From Eledone cirrhosa (lineage: Eukaryota), in NCBI GenBank assembly GCA_964016885.1, contig OZ024743.1, positions 357,988,001 through 358,052,000 on the forward strand: a stretch of 64,000 nt of DNA, given 5' to 3'. This document shows, in pieces, positions 40,701 to 49,885 of this stretch; position 1 is the first letter of the stretch, and every line of letters starts with the position of its first letter. A model generated the notes under the pieces. The model saw only the letters and a list, made by a program, of their open reading frames with translations. It was not told the origin of the DNA and made no database searches. Position numbers and translations under genes: made by a program.

Positions 40701-41171
40701 GCCTTGCCAGTTCGGGATAAACTCTACAGGCATGGAGGTGCCGTCAGCCGGGCATGTCCGAGATGCGCGCAGGGCGACGAAACCGTCCTGCACGCACTCG
40801 TCCAGTGTCCGAAAATTGCTGACTTGTGGGTTTATGTCGAACACCTGCTGTCGCGTTTAGGACGGATCCAGCTATCATCTGAGTCTATCGTGAGGATTGC
40901 CCCGCCCTCCTCCTTTAGCCGGGAAGGGCAGGCAGTTTTTATCTGTCTGGTGGCCATGGCGAAAGAGATAGTATGGTGGACACGTTTGAAAGGGCTGAAG
41001 ACGAGCACTTACCTCTTCGGTGATGCTCTGATTGACTTTTTCAAATTTCATTTGAAAAGGAAAATCAGAGTAGAGAAGGAAGTGCTCTCTTCCCAGCATT
41101 TTGTTGAAAGATGGGTGAGAGAAGCAAGAATGGCCCGAGTGAATGGGCCGACTCTGAGTATATATCTGTAA
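37752..41171 (+). CDS. ORF2 APE-RT-zinc finger (1139 aa)
   Basis: Motifs as in copy 1. Confidence 0.98.
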   Translation: MTSLRIGSINARGLGSSWKQGHLLNDLRSLNIDVVAISETRISEARAFAPIFGGYDVYASPSRPGSGGGVAVLFRRGLDLAIRAIFLDPEGKLVVLDVTSGDGQAFRLVAVYAPTGAGRPDFFRRLETFLGTSRSLVLVGDWNGILDARWDCVGLADRGGGCKSLTNLLRRFELSDRYRLDFPNVPMWTWTNRIGSSRSYLDRVFCREIDRSSIGCPQFKIVSYTDHKFVTCVLDLDRLHRRGPGYWKLNASLPARKAYRDRISELVKRALTGAIVNNKWWFALKRAIRIESIRFSKALAIEKNRAEGELVRKLDEALSKGIATDVLAAKLALDQFFNAKHEGCVVRARVRALRHEGTKAVQWARVAEARRGNKATIRSLVDHDGRMLLDPGQMCEAFQRHFAQLFGGSGGPGRGMDFSVYLDGLPRLSATEAKCCEKPITAAEVREAMTGCTRGKSPGLDGLPYELYVQMPDLFGGLLADVYCNWQQNGRIPSSVSRGAVALLRKDPNKGDNIDNFRPITLLNTEFKILAKVLAKRLALVVGGLVGEAQTCAIPDRSIHDNLHLMRYIVERVAREPGTGGSLINLDQSKAFDRVDHRYLAAVLRAAGFGPVFRGWIAAMHSDICSVVRVNGHLSEPFNIMRSVRQGCPLSSLLYVLTLEPLLHKLETLRGVPRELGCGRSVSAYADDVTVVVSNAKHIEAIGTTLREYEAVTGAMINQEKSVGLQLGTWRGRSMPSNSVVGRWTDGPVKLLGVWFGPDLQTDKNWDEVTSRVASLTQKWAERKLSLKGRAEVANAYIASVICYRLTVVPCPKPRLTALERLLFRFLWKGRAPMVRRSICCQHPLRGGLGMPWLMMRRHALRLRHLHLFLDGDQVWSPFARRVFPQLVSLTELQSWVKRRPRGSAWRLECLQALTALDQSGNVIGGNSTSAFYRGLVEGKSDDVLGETLGVDENQLANLFGRTFGPGPMDNFQKSLAWQCYRGALPVRDKLYRHGGAVSRACPRCAQGDETVLHALVQCPKIADLWVYVEHLLSRLGRIQLSSESIVRIAPPSSFSREGQAVFICLVAMAKEIVWWTRLKGLKTSTYLFGDALIDFFKFHLKRKIRVEKEVLSSQHFVERWVREARMARVNGPTLSIYL

Positions 41172-41432
41172 ACTAAAGGTGGAAAACTGGGAGAGGGCAC
41201 TTGCCTTGGTGGTCAGGGTCATTGTGGCTTTTTACTGGGCTTTCTCCACAAATGTCCCTCCGAAGTCTCCCCCCTATTGGGGAATTTTTCATTGTTATTT
41301 TCATTGTTATTTTTGTTACATCCTCTGTTTTTGTTTTTTACACGCAGAAATGCCCATTTGTACCGTCCTGCATTGTCCTGCACTGTCCTTAATGTCTACT
41401 TTATGTAAACCCTTGTGGTTAATAAAGAAATC

Positions 41433-41480
41433 ATTATTATTATTATTATTATTATTATTGTTATTATTATTATTATTATT
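41433..41480 (+). repeat. Junction 7 tract (ATT)9 GTT (ATT)6
   Basis: Read directly. Confidence 0.95.
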
Positions 41481-41693
41481 GAATGCCATGGTTGACGGAG
41501 GCTCGGCTCTGTAAGGTATAGTAATTTTTAACCGTTAAAACAATTGTAAATTGTTTAAAACTTGAACCAAATTGTTGATAAAGACACCCTCCTCCTCGTG
41601 AGAGGGGTCTTTCTGTCCGTTATTTGGCCCTTCGGGGTTAAATAGCCAGTTATTGGGGTTTTGTACCCAAAATTTCATTTTAAACAAAAAAAC

Positions 41694-43787
41694 ATGGCTA
41701 CCAAAAAAAAAAAATTTCATACGTCACTCCCACTCATTCCGTCTTCTTCTTCCTCAATCATCACTACAGGAGAGAGAAGATTGTCTCTCTCCCTCCCTTC
41801 TTTAAATGTGTCTCTCTCCCTACCTTCTCTTTCGCAAGCGACGAAAGAAAAGAAAAGTCTCGTGCAAAGCGTGCAAGGTTTCTCCACGACGACGACGACA
41901 GCGACGAAACAGGTGTGCGGGAAATACGAAAACCCAGTTCATTCGTCTGACGTCAGGAATAATAGCAGTAGCAGCCGTAATAACAACAGCAACAGTGACA
42001 ATGAAAACAACAGTAGCAGCCGCAACAGCATCACCAGCAGCATAAACAACAACAGCATTAGCAGCAGCAACACCAACAACAACCACAGCAACAGCGGCGG
42101 AGGCAGTAGTCGTAGTACCTGCAGCAACAACAAAAGTACCAGCAGCTCTGACGACAACAACAACAGCAGAGAAAAACCAATCTCATTTGCAGGTATTGCG
42201 AAAAACCTGGAAACAATCCTCATAACAAATGAGGAATTAGAGGAAGCGAAGAAGATGGTGACAAAGAACGGACACCGAGCAATCTGCAAGGCAGCGAAAA
42301 ATTTTTTCGAAACCCAAGAGCACTGTACGGTCACGTACCGTACAGTAAGTACAAAATCCCGTAGGGTGGAAAGAGCCACAGAGGCCCAAATACAAAAAGC
42401 CTTGGGGTCTGTGTGGCAGAGGAAAACGCACATCACCCGAGGCAAAAAATACGCCACCGTAGACGTACTTTTTGCCACACCCCAGGAGGCAAAGGCCCAA
42501 TCAGTAGTGACCCTAAGGAGCGAGGAAATGGTGTTGGTGCCCTCCTACTGCGGGCAAAAAATTGTGAGGGTCAAACTGACCCACGTCCCCCCCGGAATGA
42601 CCCCTTCTTGGCTGGCCGCGTCTGTCCTCGTCGGAATCGAGGACAAAACAACTGTACTGCAAGTACAGAAAAAAGTAAGAGAAGATTGGGTCGGCTCCTC
42701 CATTGAGATGCTAATACAAACCAACCAGGAGTGCATCGAAGCTATCCCGGATGTGATAGACTTCGATAACGGCACTCAACTGCCCATAAGTGTTGAGGGC
42801 AAACGCCCGAAATGCTTTCGCTGTGGATCGAAGACTCACCTCAGGGCCTTCTGCAACGAGAAGACCATGAGAAAGGAGAAAACCCCCCTCCTCCCGAATC
42901 CGGTTCCACGGCTACCAGCAACAGGACAAGCGGCAACCAGGAACGATAGGTCCGTGGCACCCATACCCACTCCACGGAAATCAAAGACAGCAGCAGCAGT
43001 GGAAATATTAACAACAACAACAGCAATACCAAATGCAGCTGCAACAGAGACTCCAGTGCAAACATCACCAACAACAACAAGTGAAAGAGTGGAGCTGGTA
43101 CCCCTCCCCGACCTTACAGAATCAGACATGGAGTGTGAGGTGGGAGAGGGATGGCAAAAGGTCTCAAGAAGGCACAAACGCAGAAGCAGCGCATCGTCGC
43201 CTTTGAAAAGGGAGGAAAGAAATGAGAAAAGGGTAAAGTCTACTGCAAAGAGACCCACAGCAGCAACACCACCAACACCATCACCACCCACACCAGCACC
43301 ACCATCACCACCGGCGACAACCCCACCGCCAACAACACCTTCAACACCACAAGCACCAACATCGCAAACACAACAACAAAACACACACACCCAGCAACAA
43401 CGACAAGAAAATAGCAGAACCACACCCCACCCCCAGAAAAACAAATGCACGGCAATAAACACACACAACAAGAAACTAATGACTTACATAATTGAACACA
43501 CAGACATTTCACAACAGGACTACATAATACCAGCACCAATCAAAACGCCAACTAACATAAGACTGCTAAAAATAGCACAGAAACAATACACAAACATTAA
43601 AACGAAATTCCCCAACGCAGTTGGTGATTTCAGGGACCTAGGAGGAACCATTAATCGAAGAGTATATTCAGACATTCTCTTAGAAGAGCCGACGACCAGC
43701 CGAAGGGACGATTCAACGGTCCCTTCACCAGACGATCAAGTGAAAAGGGATGTAAAAACCATCCCTCCTCTACCAAAAATACGGTAA
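41694..43787 (+). CDS. ORF1 (697 aa)
   Basis: Near-identical to copy 5 ORF1. Confidence 0.9.
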   Translation: MATKKKKFHTSLPLIPSSSSSIITTGERRLSLSLPSLNVSLSLPSLSQATKEKKSLVQSVQGFSTTTTTATKQVCGKYENPVHSSDVRNNSSSSRNNNSNSDNENNSSSRNSITSSINNNSISSSNTNNNHSNSGGGSSRSTCSNNKSTSSSDDNNNSREKPISFAGIAKNLETILITNEELEEAKKMVTKNGHRAICKAAKNFFETQEHCTVTYRTVSTKSRRVERATEAQIQKALGSVWQRKTHITRGKKYATVDVLFATPQEAKAQSVVTLRSEEMVLVPSYCGQKIVRVKLTHVPPGMTPSWLAASVLVGIEDKTTVLQVQKKVREDWVGSSIEMLIQTNQECIEAIPDVIDFDNGTQLPISVEGKRPKCFRCGSKTHLRAFCNEKTMRKEKTPLLPNPVPRLPATGQAATRNDRSVAPIPTPRKSKTAAAVEILTTTTAIPNAAATETPVQTSPTTTSERVELVPLPDLTESDMECEVGEGWQKVSRRHKRRSSASSPLKREERNEKRVKSTAKRPTAATPPTPSPPTPAPPSPPATTPPPTTPSTPQAPTSQTQQQNTHTQQQRQENSRTTPHPQKNKCTAINTHNKKLMTYIIEHTDISQQDYIIPAPIKTPTNIRLLKIAQKQYTNIKTKFPNAVGDFRDLGGTINRRVYSDILLEEPTTSRRDDSTVPSPDDQVKRDVKTIPPLPKIR

Positions 43788-43822
43788 GTGGTCTTTCCCA
43801 TCTTTTCCACTCTATTTTAAAC

Positions 43823-46800
43823 ATGACCTCACTCAGAATAGGCAGCATAAATGCGCGTGGCTTGGGGTCGTCATGGAAGCAGGGTCACCTGCTCAACGAC
43901 CTCAGGTCACTAAACATAGATGTAGTGGCCATCAGCGAGACCAGAATCTCCGAAGCACGGGCCTTCGCACCGATCTTCGGCGGCTACGATGTGTACGCAT
44001 CTCCCAGCCGTCCTGGATCGGGTGGAGGAGTTGCTGTGCTTTTTCGGAGAGGTTTGGATCTCGCCATACGGGCCATCTTCCTGGACCCAGAGGGTAAGCT
44101 GGTGGTGCTGGACGTGACCAGCGGAGACGGGCAAGCTTTCAGGCTAGTGGCCGTCTATGCCCCGACAGGAGCAGGGCGGCCTGATTTCTTCCGGCGTCTG
44201 GAGACCTTTCTTGGAACGTCGCGCTCTTTAGTGTTAGTGGGCGACTGGAACGGGATCTTAGATGCACGCTGGGACTGTGTGGGATTAGCGGATAGGGGTG
44301 GAGGGTGCAAGAGCCTCACCAACCTGCTCAGGCGTTTTGAACTGTCTGACAGGTACCGATTGGATTTCCCGAATGTGCCAATGTGGACTTGGACAAACCG
44401 CATAGGGTCATCCAGATCATATCTAGATAGAGTATTTTGTAGGGAAATAGATAGGTCTAGCATAGGCTGTCCACAATTCAAGATAGTCAGCTACACGGAC
44501 CACAAATTCGTGATCTGTGTGCTTGACTTAGATAGGCTTCATAGACGAGGACCCGGCTACTGGAAGCTAAACGCGTCCTTACCAGCGCGCAAGGCCTACA
44601 GAGACCGGATTAGCGAACTAGTTAAGCGGGCGTTGACGGGGGCCATCGTCAACAACAAGTGGTGGTTTGCTCTGAAAAGAGCGATTAGAATAGAATCGAT
44701 TAGGTTTAGTAAGGCTTTAGCAATAGAGAAAAATAGAGCAGAGGGAGAACTAGTTAGAAAATTAGACGAGGCGCTTAGCAAAGGCATTGCGACCGACGTG
44801 CTTGCGGCGAAATTGGCCCTTGACCAATTCTTCAATGCAAAGCACGAAGGCTGCGTTGTCAGAGCTAGGGTGCGTGCTCTCAGACACGAGGGGACGAAAG
44901 CCGTTCAATGGGCCCGAGTGGCGGAGGCGCGTCGTGGCAACAAAGCCACGATCCGGTCTTTGGTGGACCACGACGGGCGCATGCTACTCGATCCCGGGCA
45001 AATGTGTGAAGCTTTTCAGCGACACTTCGCTCAGCTGTTCGGGGGCAGCGGGGGGCCGGGTAGAGGGATGGACTTTAGTGTCTACCTCGACGGACTGCCG
45101 CGGCTCTCGGCCACTGAGGCGAAGTGTTGCGAAAAGCCGATAACAGCCGCTGAAGTAAGGGAGGCAATGACTGGCTGCACAAGGGGTAAATCGCCTGGTT
45201 TGGATGGTCTGCCCTATGAACTTTACGTACAGATGCCAGACTTGTTCGGAGGCCTCTTGGCGGACGTCTACTGCAACTGGCAACAGAACGGGAGAATTCC
45301 CAGTTCTGTGAGCCGAGGAGCGGTGGCACTGCTGAGAAAGGATCCGAACAAGGGGGATAACATAGACAATTTCCGGCCCATAACTCTGCTAAACACAGAG
45401 TTTAAGATTTTGGCCAAGGTGCTAGCAAAGAGGTTGGCGCTTGTCGTTGGTGGTCTGGTGGGAGAGGCGCAGACATGCGCCATTCCCGACAGATCCATCC
45501 ACGACAACCTCCACCTCATGCGATACATCGTAGAGAGGGTAGCTAGGGAACCTGGCACGGGTGGGTCCTTGATCAATTTAGATCAGTCGAAAGCTTTCGA
45601 TAGGGTCGACCATCGTTACCTAGCGGCAGTCCTGAGGGCGGCTGGCTTTGGGCCCGTCTTCAGAGGCTGGATCGCTGCCATGCACAGCGACATCTGCTCT
45701 GTGGTGAGAGTGAACGGTCACCTGTCGGAACCGTTCAACATCATGCGCTCGGTCCGCCAAGGATGTCCCCTCTCGTCCCTCTTGTACGTATTGACTCTCG
45801 AGCCATTACTGCACAAACTGGAGACGTTGAGGGGAGTCCCGCGCGAACTAGGATGCGGAAGATCCGTGTCAGCATATGCGGACGATGTCACCGTAGTGGT
45901 GTCGAACGCCAAACACATCGAGGCGATCGGCACTACACTAAGAGAATACGAAGCGGTGACAGGAGCAATGATCAACCAGGAAAAGTCAGTGGGCCTGCAG
46001 CTCGGCACCTGGAGAGGCAGGTCCATGCCGTCCAACAGCGTCGTCGGGCGCTGGACGGACGGACCGGTTAAATTGCTAGGGGTCTGTTTCGGTCCGGACC
46101 TCCAGACGGACAAAAACTGGGACGAGGTGACGAGCAGGGTGGCTTCTCTCACCCAGAAATGGGCGGAGAGGAAGCTATCCCTGAAAGGTCGAGCGGAGGT
46201 GGCTAACGCGTACATCGCGTCTGTCATCTGCTACCGCCTAACCGTCGTACCTTGTCCTAAGCCTCGCCTGACTGCGCTGGAGCGTTTGCTCTTTCGCTTT
46301 TTGTGGAAGGGACGTGCTCCGATGGTCAGGCGGTCCATCTGTTGTCAACACCCGCTACGTGGAGGGCTGGGCATGCCGTGGCTGATGATGCGCAGGCACG
46401 CGCTCAGGCTACGACATCTCCACCTCTTCCTCGACGGTGATCAGGTGTGGTCGCCGTTTGCTAGACGCGTTTTTCCCCAGCTCGTTTCCTTGACGGAGCT
46501 GCAGTCCTGGGTCAAGCGAAGACCGAGAGGGAGCGCCTGGAGACTGGAATGTCTTCAGGCGCTCACAGCCCTCGACCAATCGGGCAATGTGATCGGTGGA
46601 AACTCCACCTCGGCGTTCTATAGAGGATTAGTGGAGGGGAAGAGCGACGACGTACTTGGGGAAACTCTAGGCGTCGACGAAAATCAACTAGCCAATCTCT
46701 TCGGAAGAACCTTCGGGCCAGGGCCTATGGACAACTTCCAGAAATCTCTGGCCTGGCAGTGCTACCGAGGAGCCTTGCCAGTTCGGGATAAACTCTACAG

Positions 46801-47242
46801 GCATGGAGGTGCCGTCAGCCGGGCATGTCCGAGATGCGCGCAGGGCGACGAAACCGTCCTGCACGCACTCGTCCAGTGTCCGAAAATTGCTGACTTGTGG
46901 GTTTATGTCGAACACCTGCTGTCGCGTTTAGGACGGATCCAGCTATCATCTGAGTCTATCGTGAGGATTGCCCCGCCCTCCTCCTTTAGCCGGGAAGGGC
47001 AGGCAGTTTTTATCTGTCTGGTGGCCATGGCGAAAGAGATAGTATGGTGGACACGTTTGAAAGGGCTGAAGACGAGCACTTACCTCTTCGGTGATGCTCT
47101 GATTGACTTTTTCAAATTTCATTTGAAAAGGAAAATCAGAGTAGAGAAGGAAGTGCTCTCTTCCCAGCATTTTGTTGAAAGATGGGTGAGAGAAGCAAGA
47201 ATGGCCCGAGTGAATGGGCCGACTCTGAGTATATATCTGTAA
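43823..47242 (+). CDS. ORF2 APE-RT-zinc finger (1139 aa; private W>C in LLGVWF)
   Basis: Motifs as in copy 1; TGT at 46085-46087. Confidence 0.97.
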   Translation: MTSLRIGSINARGLGSSWKQGHLLNDLRSLNIDVVAISETRISEARAFAPIFGGYDVYASPSRPGSGGGVAVLFRRGLDLAIRAIFLDPEGKLVVLDVTSGDGQAFRLVAVYAPTGAGRPDFFRRLETFLGTSRSLVLVGDWNGILDARWDCVGLADRGGGCKSLTNLLRRFELSDRYRLDFPNVPMWTWTNRIGSSRSYLDRVFCREIDRSSIGCPQFKIVSYTDHKFVICVLDLDRLHRRGPGYWKLNASLPARKAYRDRISELVKRALTGAIVNNKWWFALKRAIRIESIRFSKALAIEKNRAEGELVRKLDEALSKGIATDVLAAKLALDQFFNAKHEGCVVRARVRALRHEGTKAVQWARVAEARRGNKATIRSLVDHDGRMLLDPGQMCEAFQRHFAQLFGGSGGPGRGMDFSVYLDGLPRLSATEAKCCEKPITAAEVREAMTGCTRGKSPGLDGLPYELYVQMPDLFGGLLADVYCNWQQNGRIPSSVSRGAVALLRKDPNKGDNIDNFRPITLLNTEFKILAKVLAKRLALVVGGLVGEAQTCAIPDRSIHDNLHLMRYIVERVAREPGTGGSLINLDQSKAFDRVDHRYLAAVLRAAGFGPVFRGWIAAMHSDICSVVRVNGHLSEPFNIMRSVRQGCPLSSLLYVLTLEPLLHKLETLRGVPRELGCGRSVSAYADDVTVVVSNAKHIEAIGTTLREYEAVTGAMINQEKSVGLQLGTWRGRSMPSNSVVGRWTDGPVKLLGVCFGPDLQTDKNWDEVTSRVASLTQKWAERKLSLKGRAEVANAYIASVICYRLTVVPCPKPRLTALERLLFRFLWKGRAPMVRRSICCQHPLRGGLGMPWLMMRRHALRLRHLHLFLDGDQVWSPFARRVFPQLVSLTELQSWVKRRPRGSAWRLECLQALTALDQSGNVIGGNSTSAFYRGLVEGKSDDVLGETLGVDENQLANLFGRTFGPGPMDNFQKSLAWQCYRGALPVRDKLYRHGGAVSRACPRCAQGDETVLHALVQCPKIADLWVYVEHLLSRLGRIQLSSESIVRIAPPSSFSREGQAVFICLVAMAKEIVWWTRLKGLKTSTYLFGDALIDFFKFHLKRKIRVEKEVLSSQHFVERWVREARMARVNGPTLSIYL

Positions 47243-47504
47243 ACTAAAGGTGGAAAACTGGGAGAGGGCACTTGCCTTGGTGGTCAGGGTCATTGTGGCT
47301 TTTTACTGGGCTTTCTCCACAAATGTTCCTCCGAAGTCTCCCCCCTATTGGGGAATTTTTCATTGTTATTTTCATTGTTATTTTTGTTACATCCTCTATT
47401 TTTGTTTTTTTACACGCAGAAATGCCCATTTGTACCGTCCTGCATTGTCCTGCACTGTCCTTAATGTCTACTTTATGTAAACCCTTGTGGTTAATAAAGA
47501 AATC

Positions 47505-47543
47505 ATTATTATTATTATTATTGTTATTATTATTATTATTATT
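47505..47543 (+). repeat. Junction 8 tract (ATT)6 GTT (ATT)6
   Basis: Read directly. Confidence 0.95.
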
Positions 47544-47756
47544 GAATGCCATGGTTGACGGAGGCTCGGCTCTGTAAGGTATAGTAATTTTTAACCGTTA
47601 AAACAATTGTAAATTGTTTAAAACTTGAACCAAATTGTTGATAAAGACACCCTCCTCCTCGTGAGAGGGGTCTTTCTGTCCGTTATTTGGCCCTTCGGGG
47701 TTAAATAGCCAGTTATTGGGGTTTTGTACCCAAAATTTCATTTTAAACAAAAAAAC

Positions 47757-49850
47757 ATGGCTACCAAAAAAAAAAAATTTCATACGTCACTCCCACTCAT
47801 TCCGTCTTCTTCTTCCTCAATCATCACTACAGGAGAGAGAAGATTGTCTCTCTCCCTCCCTTCTTTAAATGTGTCTCTCTCCCTACCTTCTCTTTCGCAA
47901 GCGACGAAAGAAAAGAAAAGTCTCGTGCAAAGCGTGCAAGGTTTCTCCACGACGACGACGACAGCGACGAAACAGGTGTGCGGGAAATACGAAAACCCAG
48001 TTCATTCGTCTGACGTCAGGAATAATAGCAGTAGCAGCCGTAATAACAACAGCAACAGTGACAATGAAAACAACAGTAGCAGCCGCAACAGCATCACCAG
48101 CAGCATAAACAACAACAGCATTAGCAGCAGCAACACCAACAACAACCACAGCAACAGCGGCGGAGGCAGTAGTCGTAGTACCTGCAGCAACAACAAAAGT
48201 ACCAGCAGCTCTGACGACAACAACAACAGCAGAGAAAAACCAATCTCATTTGCAGGTATTGCGAAAAACCTGGAAACAATCCTCATAACAAATGAGGAAT
48301 TAGAGGAAGCGAAGAAGATGGTGACAAAGAACGGACACCGAGCAATCTGCAAGGCAGCGAAAAATTTTTTCGAAACCCAAGAGCACTGTACGGTCACGTA
48401 CCGTACAGTAAGTACAAAATCCCGTAGGGTGGAAAGAGCCACAGAGGCCCAAATACAAAAAGCCTTGGGGTCTGTGTGGCAGAGGAAAACGCACATCACC
48501 CGAGGCAAAAAATACGCCACCGTAGACGTACTTTTTGCCACACCCCAGGAGGCAAAGGCCCAATCAGTAGTGACCCTAAGGAGCGAGGAAATGGTGTTGG
48601 TGCCCTCCTACTGCGGGCAAAAAATTGTGAGGGTCAAACTGACCCACGTCCCCCCCGGAATGACCCCTTCTTGGCTGGCCGCGTCTGTCCTCGTCGGAAT
48701 CGAGGACAAAACAACTGTACTGCAAGTACAGAAAAAAGTAAGAGAAGATTGGGTCGGCTCCTCCATTGAGATGCTAATCCAAACCAACCAGGAGTGCATC
48801 GAAGCTATCCCGGATGTGATAGACTTCGATAACGGCACTCAACTGCCCATAAGTGTTGAGGGCAAACGCCCGAAATGCTTTCGCTGTGGATCGAAGACTC
48901 ACCTCAGGGCCTTCTGCAACGAGAAGACCCTGAGAAAGGAGAAAACCCCCCTCCTCCCGAATCCGGTTCCACGGCTACCAGCAACAGGACAAGCGGCAAC
49001 CAGGAACGATAGGTCCGTGGCACCCATACCCACTCCACGGAAATCAAAGACAGCAGCAGCAGTGGAAATATTAACAACAACAACAGCAATACCAAATGCA
49101 GCTGCAACAGAGACTCCAGTGCAAACATCACCAACAACAACAAGTGAAAGAGTGGAGCTGGTACCCCTCCCCGACCTTACAGAATCAGACATGGAGTGTG
49201 AGGTGGGAGAGGGATGGCAAAAGGTCTCAAGAAGGCACAAACGCAGAAGCAGCGCATCGTCGCCTTTGAAAAGGGAGGAAAGAAATGAGAAAAGGGTAAA
49301 GTCTACTGCAAAGAGACCCACAGCAGCAACACCACCAACACCATCACCACCCACACCAGCACCACCATCACCACCGGCGACAACCCCACCGCCAACAACA
49401 CCTTCAACACCACAAGCACCAACATCGCAAACACAACAACAAAACACACACACCCAGCAACAACGACAAGAAAATAGCAGAACCACACCCCACCCCCAGA
49501 AAAACAAATGCACGGCAATAAACACACACAACAAGAAACTAATGACTTACATAATTGAACACACAGACATTTCACAACAGGACTACATAATACCAGCACC
49601 AATCAAAACGCCAACTAACATAAGACTGCTAAAAATAGCACAGAAACAATACACAAACATTAAAACGAAATTCCCCAACGCAGTTGGTGATTTCAGGGAC
49701 CTAGGAGGAACCATTAATCGAAGAGTATATTCAGACATTCTCTTAGAAGAGCCGACGACCAGCCGAAGGGACGATTCAACGGTCCCTTCACCAGACGATC
49801 AAGTGAAAAGGGATGTAAAAACCATCCCTCCTCTACCAAAAATACGGTAA
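47757..49850 (+). CDS. ORF1 (697 aa)
   Basis: Near-identical to copy 2 ORF1. Confidence 0.9.
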   Translation: MATKKKKFHTSLPLIPSSSSSIITTGERRLSLSLPSLNVSLSLPSLSQATKEKKSLVQSVQGFSTTTTTATKQVCGKYENPVHSSDVRNNSSSSRNNNSNSDNENNSSSRNSITSSINNNSISSSNTNNNHSNSGGGSSRSTCSNNKSTSSSDDNNNSREKPISFAGIAKNLETILITNEELEEAKKMVTKNGHRAICKAAKNFFETQEHCTVTYRTVSTKSRRVERATEAQIQKALGSVWQRKTHITRGKKYATVDVLFATPQEAKAQSVVTLRSEEMVLVPSYCGQKIVRVKLTHVPPGMTPSWLAASVLVGIEDKTTVLQVQKKVREDWVGSSIEMLIQTNQECIEAIPDVIDFDNGTQLPISVEGKRPKCFRCGSKTHLRAFCNEKTLRKEKTPLLPNPVPRLPATGQAATRNDRSVAPIPTPRKSKTAAAVEILTTTTAIPNAAATETPVQTSPTTTSERVELVPLPDLTESDMECEVGEGWQKVSRRHKRRSSASSPLKREERNEKRVKSTAKRPTAATPPTPSPPTPAPPSPPATTPPPTTPSTPQAPTSQTQQQNTHTQQQRQENSRTTPHPQKNKCTAINTHNKKLMTYIIEHTDISQQDYIIPAPIKTPTNIRLLKIAQKQYTNIKTKFPNAVGDFRDLGGTINRRVYSDILLEEPTTSRRDDSTVPSPDDQVKRDVKTIPPLPKIR

Positions 49851-49885
49851 GTGGTCTCTCCCATCTTTTCCACTCTATTTTAAAC

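Larger units (their letters stand above)
35404..41480 (+). mobile_element. Tx1/L1-like non-LTR retrotransposon, copy 7 (full length)
   Basis: Same organisation as copy 2. Confidence 0.95.
41481..47543 (+). mobile_element. Tx1/L1-like non-LTR retrotransposon, copy 8 (full length)
   Basis: Same organisation as copy 2. Confidence 0.95.
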